From positions 135,718,001 through 135,782,000 of the forward strand of contig NC_088795.1 in NCBI RefSeq assembly GCF_011386835.1: a stretch of DNA of 64,000 nucleotides, read 5' to 3'. Both the position numbers and the translations under genes were made by a program. Below the pieces are notes generated by a model. The model was not told where the DNA came from and did not search any database. It saw only the letters and a program-made list of their open reading frames with translations. Below, piece by piece: positions 23,701 through 36,900 of this stretch. This DNA is from Chrysemys picta bellii (Eukaryota). Numbering within the stretch: the first letter of the stretch is position 1; each line of letters starts with the position of its first letter.

Positions 23701-26700
23701 ATTTCTTCCTTCTGAGCCATCCCTGCACCAAATACCCCTGGAAGGCTGTTGGGCTCAAAGTGTTGCATTGTATGCTAGCGCCTGTGGGTTAGGGGACTAC
23801 ACCTCCATGTGAAGAATTAATGGCAGCAGTCAGTTCATTTTATGGTAGCTAGGTGCAGTCTTCAGGCTCTTGGGAAGTTGTCTATGCAGCCCTCAGTTGG
23901 GCAAAAGTTTGGGCACTGAAAAACGTGCGCGCGCACAAATTTTCAGATTTCTTTTGTTTTACATTTTGATCAGCTCTGAGATGGTTTCATTCTGCTTGTT
24001 TGCCAAATTGAAATTGTTCATTTTCCAAAATTTTGCATGGAATCTTTTACCCAAAACGTTTTCTCAAGTTTTGAAATAAACTGAACATTTTCAAAAATAA
24101 TTAAAAAAACCACAACTTTGTCTAAACCAACTGATCAAAAATAGCAGTAACTCTCCCCCAAATGAAAACAAAACCCCAAAATGATAAAATTAAAAACCAG
24201 AAAATGCCAAGAAAATCAAAATATTGTCACGAGTTTCTTTTAAAAGGCTATTTTGCACTAAACTTTTCTTATTTGAAATAATTTCAAGCAGCTCTACACA
24301 CAGAGGCTTTGATCCTGCAAAGACCGATGCTCGTGCTTAACTTTACACGCTGTGAGTAGTCTTATTGACTTCAATAGGACTACTCAGTGCATAAAGGTAA
24401 GCCTACGGTCTCCTAGGGGCAACTGCAGTACAAATAATAATAATTATTATTATTATTAATGTGTACGTCTTTTCAGAATTAGGACAAAAGTGGTACCTGG
24501 CATCACCTTGTATAGGAGTTGAGAGTGAGAATATAAGCTATCCTGAGTTAGAAAGGGCACCCTCATTTCTCAAACATCAGTTTGAGGGGTAATTTTGTGG
24601 CAAGCTGCAAAGATGGGGGGGGAATTGATCTTATCCCCCTTTTCACATATTTATGATGTATGGAAGGCCTGAAAGAGTGGTGGTGGTAAGGTTACAGTAG
24701 AGTCTGGAGGCCCCGTCCAATATCTGGACCCCATTGGACCAGACACTGTACAAACCCGAGACTCTGAGGTGCCTGGAGAAATAGTGACATTAAGGCACCA
24801 CAAATATCAATCAACAGATAACTGAGCGGGGAAGCGATTTGCAGGCAGTACAGTGATTTTTTTTTCCCTCATGAAATATTTTCCTGAAAAGCAATTTTTT
24901 TCTATTTTCATTTAAAACTTTCTTTTATTTTTTTAGGTTTTCATTAAACAAAAAAATTGGTTGGTGTGTTTGTTTTGTTTTGTTTTGTTTTTTGACAAAA
25001 TCGAACTTGTTTTGCAAAAATTTCCATTTAGTTGAAAAGGTATTTTCCAGTGAAAGAAACATTCCAGTGGAAAATGTATGACCACCTATAATAATCAGAC
25101 AGTTGAAAATTCCTCTTCAGTTTTGTTAATACAGACGCTCCCTGGGTTACGCAAACCCGATTTACGCAAATCCACACTTACGGAAAAAGTTGCGTACTTT
25201 TTGGTTTGGTTTGGTTTTTTGTGTAATTGTCAGGTATACGTTCCCGACTTACACAAAATTTGACTTACGCAAGGCGTAACGGAACGCTTGCATAAGTTGG
25301 GGAGCATCTGTACCTGTTTAAGTCCCATGACCAACATTTTGGAGAAAAGACCTCGTTGTTAAAGTTCCAACAGCCCCATCTGCTTCAATTCAAGGGTAAG
25401 AGCTGAATAGACCTCTGTGAGACCTTTTACGAGGTCATCCAGCAAAACCAGGGGAGACCAGGTTTGACATTTCTGATATTTCTCAGCTAAAAAAAAAACA
25501 CAGGAAAAACACCCCTTGTTCTATTTTTAAAAATCTTGGACACTTATTTTTTTCCGTCCTAAGGTGTCAAAAAAGGGTACAAGCCCAACTTTACAAGTCT
25601 ATTGCAAGTCCCTTTTAAGGCATATGACTGAGAGTCATGACACCTGGCTTCCCTTCCTTTCTCTGCGGGTGACTTGCTTTGTGACTTTGGGCCAAAACTT
25701 TCACAGTTGGGTGCCTGAAGTAGTCACCTAAATCAGAGCTGTAATGTGTGCTCTGCTCCTCTGAATTCTGTTTAGGTCCTTGAACTTGAGCGCATCTGCA
25801 TGGTATTGGAATACCCTTCAGTAGCACATTGAGCCTGAAAATCAGCCTCTGTTTATCATGATGCTTAAGGCCTTGTCTGTATAAGAAACTTATACTGGTA
25901 TAAACTAAGTTGTGAATTTAAATTTCTGTGCTTACACCGATATAACCCCCATGTGGCCACTCTTACTCTGGTGTGAGGGCCTTTTTTTGGCTTAGCTAAC
26001 GTTGCTTGGAAAACAGTTTCTACATAACCAAAAAAAGCTACTCTTCTACCAGAATGCGTTTCCATGTGCGAGAGTAATAACAGTAGAGTGTATAGTATGA
26101 CTGGGAAAACTTTCCCACATAGACAAGGCCATAGTATGAATTTAAGTGACTTAATTTTAGGTATCAAGGTCAAAAACTTAGCCTTGCTTGTACTCTGTTG
26201 TAGTTCTTTAAAATGGGGACAATAATACCCACCCCACGGGGATGTTGAAAGAGTTACTTCGTTAATGTTTGCAAAGCATTGGGACATCCTTACATGGCAG
26301 ATGCTGTAGAACAAGGGTGGGCAAACTTTTTGACTCGAGGGCCACATCGGTGTTACAAAACTGTATGGAGGGCTGGGTAGGGACGGCTGTGCCTCCTCAA
26401 ACAGCCTGGCCCCGCCCCCTCCCACTTCCCACCCCCTGACTGCCCCCCTCAGAACCCCCGACCCATTCACGCCCCCTGCTCCTTGTCACCTGACACCCCC
26501 CCTCCCGGGACCCCTGTCCCTAACTGCCCCCTGGGACCTCACCCCCCTATCCAACCCCCCCTGTTCCCTGACTGCCCCAACCCCTATCCACACCCCCCCC
26601 CCAGACAGGCCCCCCCATGACTCACATGCCTATCCAACCCCCTCCCCCCCCCCCCGCTCCTTGTCCCCTGACCACCTCCTCCTGGGACTCCCAGGACCCC

Positions 26701-29700
26701 ACCCCCTATCCGACCCCCCCGCTCCCTGTCTCCTGACTGTCCTGACCCCTATCCACACCCCTGCCTCCTGACTGCCCCCCAGGACCACACTCCCAGTCCA
26801 ACCCGCCCCCCCCCCCGTCCCCTGACTGGCCTGCCCCCTATTCACACCCCCGCCCCCGATAGCCCCCTCCCTCCCCCGGATTCCCACACCTATCCAACCC
26901 CCCCGTTCAACGTCCCCCAACCACCACCCCCAGAATCTCCGCCCCATCCAACCGCCCCCTGTCCCCTGGAACCCCCTGCCCCTTATCCAGCCACCACCAC
27001 CTTTCCATGCTACTCAGAGCAGCAGGAGCTCGCAGCCCTGCCGCCTGGCCGGAGCCAAACACGCTGCCCGGCAGGAGCGGCGGGCCAGAGCGCTGGCGGC
27101 ATGCTGCGGCTGAGGGGCCGGGGGCTAGCCTCCCCGGCCGGAAGCTCAGGGGCTGGGCAGGACGGTCCCGCGGGCGGGAGTTTGCCCACCTCTGCTGTAG
27201 AAGGAGAAAAGGATAACAATCATTCTGTCAGAGATGCAAAGTTGTCCTGAAAATGTACCAAACATAATACCAAACTTTACCAAACATAATTCATTTGCTC
27301 AGCTTTGCCAGGACGATGTCAGTGGAGAAATGAACACCATTGTAATAGTCTGTGTGATATTGCAGAGCCGCAGAGCATGCCGCTCCTTGCCAGATCGCCC
27401 AGCACCAACAGGAAGTACCCGCCACTGCCTGTGGATAAATTGGAAGAGGAGATTAACCGGCGAATGGCAGACGACAATAAGCTCTTCCGGGAAGAATTCA
27501 ACGTGAGTGCTTTGTTAATGTCTATCTTCTGAACGCGGTTCAGTCATGCAGGGGATTGCAGTGGGTTGAACAATGAAAGGGATGTTTTGTTTATCAGGTA
27601 GAAGTACTTACCATAGCAGATTGAGCCAAATCAGTCTAGACTGCTGTTCACCTCTCAAGCTAATCAAGACGGTTTCTCTGTAGCTCTGCAAAGCAAGCAA
27701 TGTTAGATGTGGTTACAATATTGTAACCAATCTATCGCCTGTTAGGGACTTCACAGTTGTTGCTATGCTACATGTCAAGGCCACCCAGAAGTTCGCAGTT
27801 ACAAGGATAGAATTCTCATCCTCCTGTCTCCTCAGTACAGGCCCCAACTGCTTGAGCTAAAAGGGTAGCTGTTGGAGGTATAGGGCATATGATCTACAGT
27901 GGGGCAGTCTGATCTTATCCAGCAGGGGGCAGTGGTGCACAGACACACCAACCAGTTTTGTATAGAACAAGTGAATAGGTTGATACATTTCTGGCTGGGC
28001 AACATGGGTCAGAAACAGTGAAGAGGATGTCCCCCTCTCTGTGTTTGAAAGAGTACTCTGTTTATGTGACTGTCGTCCACACACCCAGCTGTTCCGGATC
28101 AGCAGGGCTGCCAGCTTTTCCTAACTTGACCTGCTGCTTGGGCCCCTTCCAGATTCCTTCACTCCCTCTTCCCCTGCATCTTCCTGTTTCCTTTGTTAAA
28201 ATAAGTCCCTGCATTATTAATTTAAACCCAGGGCGTGACAATAATTGTATTTCCATTGGGGGTTCCGCCTTCTCTGTACCATTTGCAGCCGTGTTCAGTG
28301 TTAGCCATGATGGGATGATTGCATGAATGAAGAAGTGTAATTGTGCTGATAAGACAAGATAATGAATAGGTCTCTGTTTCCAGTAACAGGTGTCCAGCTT
28401 CAGAAGAGCTGGCCCTGGAGCGTAACAAGTGGGATTCCATATTATCTGGGCCAGTGGAGAGCTAACACAGTGCAAGCCATGTCTTGTGATTAGACAGTGG
28501 GACTGGGAGTGAGCAGATCTGGAGTCTATTCCCAACTTGGCTCCTGACTCTGAGTGACTTTGGACAAGTCCCTTCAGCTCTCTGTGTTTCTGTGTATCCA
28601 CCTTCAAATCAGAGATAAGAACACCCACCTACACCTCACAGAAGTGTATGAGGCTTAATTTGCTAATGTTTAGAAAATATTTAGAGACTGACCGCCAGAA
28701 GCTGGGACTGGGTGACAGTGGATGGATCACTTGATAATTGTCCTGTTCTGTTCATTCCCTCTGGGGCACCTGGCACTGGACTAGATGGACCATTGGTGTG
28801 ACCCAGTGTGGCCATTCTTATGTTCTTAATCTCAAATAGAAAGTGCTATAGACAAGACCCTGTGTATGCGGTGGTTCCATCACTGTGGAGCGGGGCCCCA
28901 AAGTGTAAGCTTAGTTTTTCTAGTCTTTATGGCTGCAAAGAGAACTTAAAAAAACATGACATGGATGTTAAAACAATGCAGTGTTGCCTTCCAGAGTCTA
29001 CAGACTGCCAAAAACAGGAGCTGTAAGTGAGAAAGAAACTATCCTAGTTATTTCAATGTAGTGTTGTGACGTTGTGCAGTCTATATGGTTTTATAAAAAC
29101 TTGATAATAAGTTAATATAATGTAACTGAGATAGTTTTAGAGAAAATACGGTAATAAGTGAATGTAAGTAACTGGGATATGCCTCATGCAAAAGGTCTCT
29201 TGTAAGGTATCATTACAAAGCTTATAATCTACTGAGTGTGATCATCTGATTTGTATAAATGTACCACTCTTGTATCTAAAACTAGAAATATAAAATTTAA
29301 CTCTGAGGGCCTATTGTGATTGTGTAAAGTGTGGACCATTAATGATGGTTTGGAATCTTGATGACTCCCATTGTCTGCAGATGGCTGTATTTACCTGTGA
29401 GTCTTCCTGTATATGTGTGTGCTGGCAAGTGAGTAATGAAGTCTTGCAGTGACATGTGATTATGTCACCTGAACTGGAATCCATCTTTAACCTGGTGCTT
29501 TTCCAGTGAGGGGGGGTGGAAACCCAGAGAGACAAAGAGTTCCCGCCTTATGCAAAAGATATATAAAGGGGGGGAAGAGAACAGAGAAGGGGAGAAGCCA
29601 TTATGAAGAATCCCCTAGCTACCACCTGAGCTGCAACAAGAGCTGTACCAGGGGAAAGAATTGTGCCCAGGCCTGGAAGGTGTCCCGTCTGAGAAAAACT

Positions 29701-32700
29701 TACTGAAACATTTCTGAGGGTGAGATTATCTGTATTTAGTTTGATTAGGCATAGATCTGCGCATTTTATTTTATTTTGCTTGGTGACTTACTTTGTTCTG
29801 TCTGTTACTACTTTGAACCACTTAAATCCTACTGTCTGTATTTAATAAAATCACTTTCTATTTAGTAATTTACTCAGAGTATGTATTAATACCTGGGGGA
29901 GCAAACAACTGTGCATATCTCTCTATCAGTGTTATAGAGGGCGAACAATTTATAAGTTTGCCCTGCATAAACTTTATGCAGGGTAAAACGAATTTATCTG
30001 GGTTTAGACCCCATTGGGAGTTGGGCATCTGAGTGCTAAAGACAAGCTGTGAGCTGTTTTCAGGTAAACTTGCAGCTTTGGGACAGGAGATTCAGATCCT
30101 GGGTCTGTGTCTGGAGCCAGACGGGAGTGTCTGGCTCAGCAAGACAGGGTGCTGGAGTCCTGAGCTGGCAGGGAAAACAGAAGCAGGGGTAGTCTTTGCA
30201 CATCGGGTGGCAGCTCCCAAGGGGGTTTCTGTGATCCAACCCGTCACAAGTGTTAACTCAGAAACCTAATGGTGACAATTGAAACATCAGCACTGCTACC
30301 ATTTTCCTCACCAGTCATTTCTGCTGGCATATCCAGGTATTGGGCTTATCTCACAATCCCAAATTGTCTCCCATGTCTCTCAAAGTGCCTGCACTCAGCT
30401 GTCCCCTGTGCAGTGGTAAAACCTACAGCTTTCCCTGACTACATTGCTGATGCAGTTAAACCTTGCCAATACAAAAATCTTTGGCACACTGAAAATTAAT
30501 AATGTAGGGGGCAAAGTAAAATAACTGAGTTAAGTATCGAAATAAAGTGCTTAGGAGCTGCTGTACTGAATGGATTCTCCATTGTCATGATTAATAAAGA
30601 AAATCTCTGAGAACTGCTACAAGATTTTCAGCACTGAGTTACAGAATTTAGGTCCGGTTTTCCCCAGGATACACAGGGCCTTGGCTGTAGAATTACAATA
30701 CCTTACTGTTAGACAAACCCACCAGAATTCCTTGTGCCCTAGCCAAACATTTCCCCTCTCCCAACTGCTGTTGGGCCAGTTGGTTGCTGCCTTGCACCAC
30801 AGAAGTGGCTGCATTTCAGTAATTGAGTGTTAGTGTAGTCAGTAAACTTCTTTGGGATCATTTCTGCTGAAATGTGAATTGCACTCTGGACTTCTGTCCC
30901 CAAAGCACAGGCCACTGTCTCTTGAGCTAACGGAATGACTCTTTAGTTGATAGCAGCAGTAGGTTCTTATCCTCTTGTGTGGACAGCCAGTAGAGGAAGA
31001 CACTGAGCTAGTGGGCTACATAAGATCACCAATGCTGAGAAACCCCACTCTGTCTCCCCTCAATCTTGAATACCTGCTACTTCCCCAGTTGTGGACCAAA
31101 TCACATTGTGATCATATCTGATCTACTGTGATTGAAAGTTGTCACCCTCTGCCATCTATTTGGTGGCTTGCATGGAACAACTCAGTAGGTTTCAGTCCAG
31201 TTCCTCCTGGAGATGGGTCTGCATCACAGCACTAGCACATTTAGCTCCAGTTGGCCATCTTGCCAGAGAGGCCTAGGACTGCATGGGTTGTGGGGAATGA
31301 ATCCCCTGGGAAGGGGTCTATCCAGGTCCCGGTTGGGGTGAGTTGGCAAGGCAGAGTGGGGAAGCTTGCTCAGTTGCTGTTTGTGCTCTGTGGAGAGAGG
31401 ACGTTACTTTCCAGGGCTCTCAGGCTGCTATCTTTGAATCAACCCTCAATTCACTTGACTATTTTTTAAAGAAGAAAAGCCCATTGCCCCTGTGCCCAGA
31501 ATTGGCTCATGGTACCATAGAATGTTCCACCCATCTGATATGGGGTGGGGGTAACTAATGGGATAGGGCTCCAAGCCCTAATTCAGTCTGCTCTATCACT
31601 GGTGGCATTTGGGATCTAACAAACTGCGGTAACGGGAAAAGAGCTGAGCTGCACCTACCCTGTGTCGGATGTGCTGATGGGATGGTCCGGTTTGTGTTGG
31701 AGGAGGATTTGCTGCCACCTTGTGTTTCTGGATAATATGGCACCTTATTTCATATTGGGTGAAGATTTGCTCCCTGCAAGGAGGCCTTAGCTTGTGTAAA
31801 CAGTTATCTGAGCCTCTATTCCATCGCCTTCCCCTCCATCTAGACAGGCTCATTTTTCATTAACCATTTTCCATCTTGAGATGTCTGTGTTCAGAAATGA
31901 ATTGCCTCTGTGAATAGTGCTAGCAGAGACGTGCTCTCCTGCCCTGCTGCAGTAGCAATAGGGCATCTACAGATCCTAAAGCACTTCACAAAAGGCACTG
32001 AGCATTATTGGAACTATGAAACCCTAATAGTTCATTTGTGCCTTCTGGCTTTGGGAGAAGGGATGGGGAGATGGTGGAGGATTGTGAGCCTCAAGTGTAG
32101 AGGGGCTTCCCCTGGTCATCCTTTCTAAGGGCCTCCCACTGTACTCATGTAAGAGCTCAACAGAGCAGAGTTGCACTAAACTGAGCCCTTGCTATTTCCC
32201 ATGATCCCTTTGTTGTTACAGGAGCATGTGCTGTCCCTTTGCTCTATGTACCCCCTCCCACTCTTCTCCTGAGCTAGCCAGCTTCTCTGAAGGGGACAGG
32301 AAGATGAGCCTTCAGCATTTCCCTTTGACAGTGATCTGTTATGGAGGGAGCAGTGTTTGCCTAGAGGTTAGAGCAGGGGTCTGGGAGTCAGGACTCCTGG
32401 GTCCTATTCCTAGCTCTTCCAGTTGTCATTTGTGTCATTTCCATTGTGTCATCTTAGGTAAATCCTGTAACCTCTGTGCCTCATTTTCCCCCAAATGAGA
32501 GGCTACTGACTTACCGCCTTTGAGATCTTGGATGAAAGACCCTCGAGATACAGCAGGGCTGATCACTGTATAGAATTGCTGGTCGGTTTGTGTTTATTAC
32601 AATAACATGTTCTCCCCCAACCTTGCGTACTGTGGAAATATAACAGGAAATCTCATTTCTCCTGCCCTTTCAGGCTCTCCCAGCGTGCCCCATCCAGGCC

Positions 32701-33929
32701 ACATGTGAAGCCGCCTCCAAGGAGGAAAACAAAGAGAAGAACAGATATGTGAACATTTTGCCCTGTATGTATTTGCTCCCAGTGCAGCTCCATTGAGGCT
32801 TGTGGGGGTGGTGTAGCCAATTGTGGCTGGTGCTTCTGCTGTTGGCCTGTTTCTCCATTCTATATGGCTGTTATGGACGGAAGTGGGGAGTGTAACAGGC
32901 CTGCTGAGCGGTGATTGCTAAGTAACAGGAAACCACATACCAGGTGTTGAGTTAAAGCAATAGGAGAGGTCAGGTTGGTTCCCACCACTGTGCAGGCTGC
33001 TTCGTCCGATGTAGGTCCAGTTAACACGTAGTAGAAAGAGCTCCCTGCAGCTGTAGCCCAAGCGGGAAAGACTCAGGACAGTTTCTATTGGACGGGTGTC
33101 CATGCTGTTGTAACGACCCTAGTGGCAAAGATTGAATGGGCCCTGGAGAGTGAACTCCTCTCTCTTGAGCTTGTCTAGACTAGGATTTAAAGTGTGACAT
33201 TTGCACTTCTTAGCTAACACATGCTATCTAACACATTTGCAAAGTCTAGTGTAGACAAGGCCACCTGCCTTTTAACACGTCAAGTTATAGCCTGGAAGGA
33301 TGCAGGTGTACATCATAGGCAGTAGCTAGAGCACAGGTCGTGGTGGGAAGGTGGGGAAGATACAAAATTAAACTGGACAGGAGGCCAAGAACTCTCAATT
33401 GCCTGAATATAACTGGAGAGAGACAATGTATTTGCATAGTCAAGGGTTGGATGAGCACTGGGCATGGAACCCTCTTAGTTTAGACACTCTGCAGGATTTA
33501 TCACATCTGTAGGCTTAAGCACATGATGATTTCAGTGCATAAAGCTTTCTATAAATGCAGTGAAGTGAAACCTTGGGAACCTATCCAGCCAAAGGCTTCC
33601 TCTACCTGAGACACCAATCAGATAATCAGCTTCCTCTGGATATAGAAGTTCATTAACATCTATTTAGTTTTTAATGCATAGTTTTGATTTTTCTCCAGAT
33701 GATCATTCCAGGGTTCATCTGACTCCCATCGAAGGTGTCCCGGATTCTGATTACATTAACGCCTCCTTCATTAATGTAAGTTCCTGCATGGACTTTGTTA
33801 CTGATTGGTTTGAAGGGTGCCTGGTCCTGTGATGCCTAGTGGCCTCACTCCAAGTGAAACAGGCCATGTACCTTACGTGGAGTGTGGTTATGGTCAGGAA
33901 AGGGACTGCTAAGATATGTCCCCTTGGTA

Positions 33930-33981
<52 letters not shown>

Positions 33982-36900
33982 CATGTCTGCTTAGTTCACT
34001 GGACAAGAGTTGTTATGCTGTTGTCAATGCTGTCGTGTCAATACACCTGTGGGAGAGGGAGCTGTGTTCTGTTCTGCCTCATACATCCACAAAGGGAATG
34101 TGGTCTTAGAGCAAGGGGCTGAGAGCAAACACCACTGTTCCTTGCTCTGCCACTAATGTGCTGTGTGACCTTGGTCACGTTTCTCTGTGCCTTTGTTGTG
34201 GAGCTTAGCTTTCATATTTGGAAAGGGCTTTGTGGTCATCCCTGGTTGAAAGACAAATTTTAAGTGAAGGTGATTAACCATTGGAACAAACTCCCCAGGG
34301 AAGTGGTGGATTCTCCATCTTTTGATGTCTTCAAATCAAGACTGGATGCCTTTCTGAAAGACACCATTTAGTCAAGCACCAATTACTGGGCTCAGTGCAG
34401 AGGTAAATAAATGAGTGTAATTCTCTGGCCTTTGTTATACAGGAAGTCAGACTAGATGATCTCATGGTCCCATTTGGCATTTAAAATCTATAAATTACTG
34501 AGGACCCAGTCCTGCAATCCCTCCATGTTCAGAGCTCCCTTCGTAGCCAGTGGGAGCCAGGCAGCCAAAGGACTTGCAGGATTGGAAACAAAGTGCATGA
34601 AAAAACAACCAGCTGGCTAGCTAAATTCTGCTTACAGCACCTTTGGGTCTGCTCTGCTCCCATTAGAGTCCATGGGAGTTTTGCTGTTGACTCAGATGGG
34701 ATAAGGAGATCATGGCTTTTGCTAGTGAAACATGGTGACAGATACCTATTTTGATGCATGAAATGTGTCCCTTTCTGTGACAGGTCACTGAGTGAGCGAT
34801 TAATCCAGAGTGCTGTCTATAGAGTTACTTCCAGAAGTTGTTTCCCTTTAAATAAACAATAAAGTATAATCATTGCACAAATGAGTGTTACTAGAGAGAA
34901 GAGGGGTGATCTTGTGGGTAGAACACTGGCCTGGGACTCAGGAAATTTGGGGGTCAATTACTCTCTCTGCCACTGACTTTCTGTGTGGCCTTGGACAAGT
35001 CGCTTAATCTGTGCCTCAGTTTCCCATCGGTATAATGGAGCTAACAATACTTTTTCTCACAGTGTTTGTCTGTTTAGATGGTAGATTTTTCAGGGAAGCG
35101 ACTGTTTTACAATGTATATGTACAACACCTAGCATAACAGAGCCCCAAATCATTTGGGACCTATTGGTGCTAACGTAATGCAGATAATTAATAGTAGCAA
35201 TAAGAACTATTAAGAGGAGCAATATGTTCTCCACGTATTTTAAAAGGAGTATTAATGCACCAAAAGAAAAGCAAGGTGAGCCAGGAATGAAATCAATTTT
35301 ATTCTCTCTGAAGTACAAATTGGCATCAACAAGAAAAGCAAAGAACCCTTTAAACACTCTAGCCAGGAGCCTGCAGGGTGTCTGCTGACTTGTGTGGACG
35401 CTGAGTGGTGTTCAGACTGTGGTGCCTGAGCTCAGCTGTAAAGTTATCACACATCACTATGCCTGTGCTTTGGGGGAAATTCCTTACTTCAGCCCCTTTG
35501 ATGGGCAAATTCAATGACTCCGCAGATCATACAAGGCCAGACTGTGCTTCCTTCAGGGAGGGGATCCTCTGGTCCTGGTCCTTGCCTGGCTTGGGCACTG
35601 TTTCTCCAACCAGAGCCTGCTGGGCCCATGCTGATGGGTTTGGGAATGGGACTGGTTGTTGGGAAGAGTGGGCAGGTCAGCAGTGGAGTAAGTGAATGTC
35701 AGCTCAGTTTATTAACCACTTGGGAACACGTCATGATTCTTGGTCTCCCTTACACTCCGCTGTACTGCATTCTTAGCACATCTGCTTAGGCCTGGGGGCA
35801 GGGATTCCAAAAGCCTTTCTCTGCACTTTCCACTAGCAGCGCACCCAGCCACAGACTGCTATAACACAGCACTTCCAGCTGCTGACCCATTCCTCATATA
35901 AAGCCAAGCACCATCTACTGGTGGAATAATGTATGATGTTTGTCATCCCAAAGGATTCCTAATTTATTTTACAATCTTAGGAGAGATTAGATTAGGGGAG
36001 AGAGAGTTTGTAAAATGCTGTAGGATCCTTCAAGATGAACGTTGCTGCGTTATAAATATGGATCACATCACCCACCATGGGACTGAAGCTATCTCGGGGG
36101 TGCAACACAGTAACTGCTTTTTAACAGCTTACAGCTGGACGAGAAGCAAATGAAGAACACCATATCCAATTGAAACTGCATTGTGATTGCTAATGGGGAA
36201 AGATTTCCTTCAACTCTGAGAGCTAGGATTAACAGGTCACTCTGCAGCACTAATACAAGGTTCCTCTTGTATGGATGCTGCCAAGTTGCCAGGGTCAGCG
36301 GAGTTGTGAGAGCGATGTTGTGTGGTCTCAAAACGCACAGTGAAGGGAATCCTTGTATGTTTGCTGATGTGAACACCGGGCACAGTGCTCCAGAGAGAGG
36401 GAGACTGAGATGCACCCAGCTTTGTCTTGAAGTAAGGCTGCTCTTTCATTGTGGTGTTCCTTTTTCTTTTTGTCTCTCTGCAGGGGTACCAAGAAAAAAA
36501 CAAGTTTATTGCTGCACAAGGTAAAATCTGTAGTCTGCTCTGGTTACTGTGTCAAGCTGATGGGGGTAATTCTTCCCTGATCTATGAAATTGTGAAATTT
36601 TACCTGTGGCTCAACAGCCCTGTACAAGTTCAGTGCTAGATGTGTCAAAGGAAGGCATCGAACTCCAGGAACCTATCTCTGCAATACTGGATCTTAGGGA
36701 GGAAGTCAAGTCAATTCCTTCCTGACCTCAGCTGGTGTTCAGCTTGTGCCCTGAAGCATGAAGATCATGGGTACTTACAACCCCATGTCTCTGCTAGTAT
36801 AACTGCCGGGCTGTTGTGATTCATATAGGCCTGTAGCCCTTTCTGGAAATGGTGTAAGCTATTGGACTCAATCAAATCTCATAATAAAAGCACAGGCGTC

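Noticed and set aside
25865-26947. 201-aa and 105-aa minus-strand ORFs
   Set aside because: They span MITE, SINE and C-rich repeat sequence and translate to low-complexity peptides.
27377-27379. In-frame Met (QSMPLL, Val in the recalled human sequence) as an internal start for a cytosolic isoform
   Set aside because: Modest Kozak context (agcATGc) and no evidence of an upstream intronic promoter.
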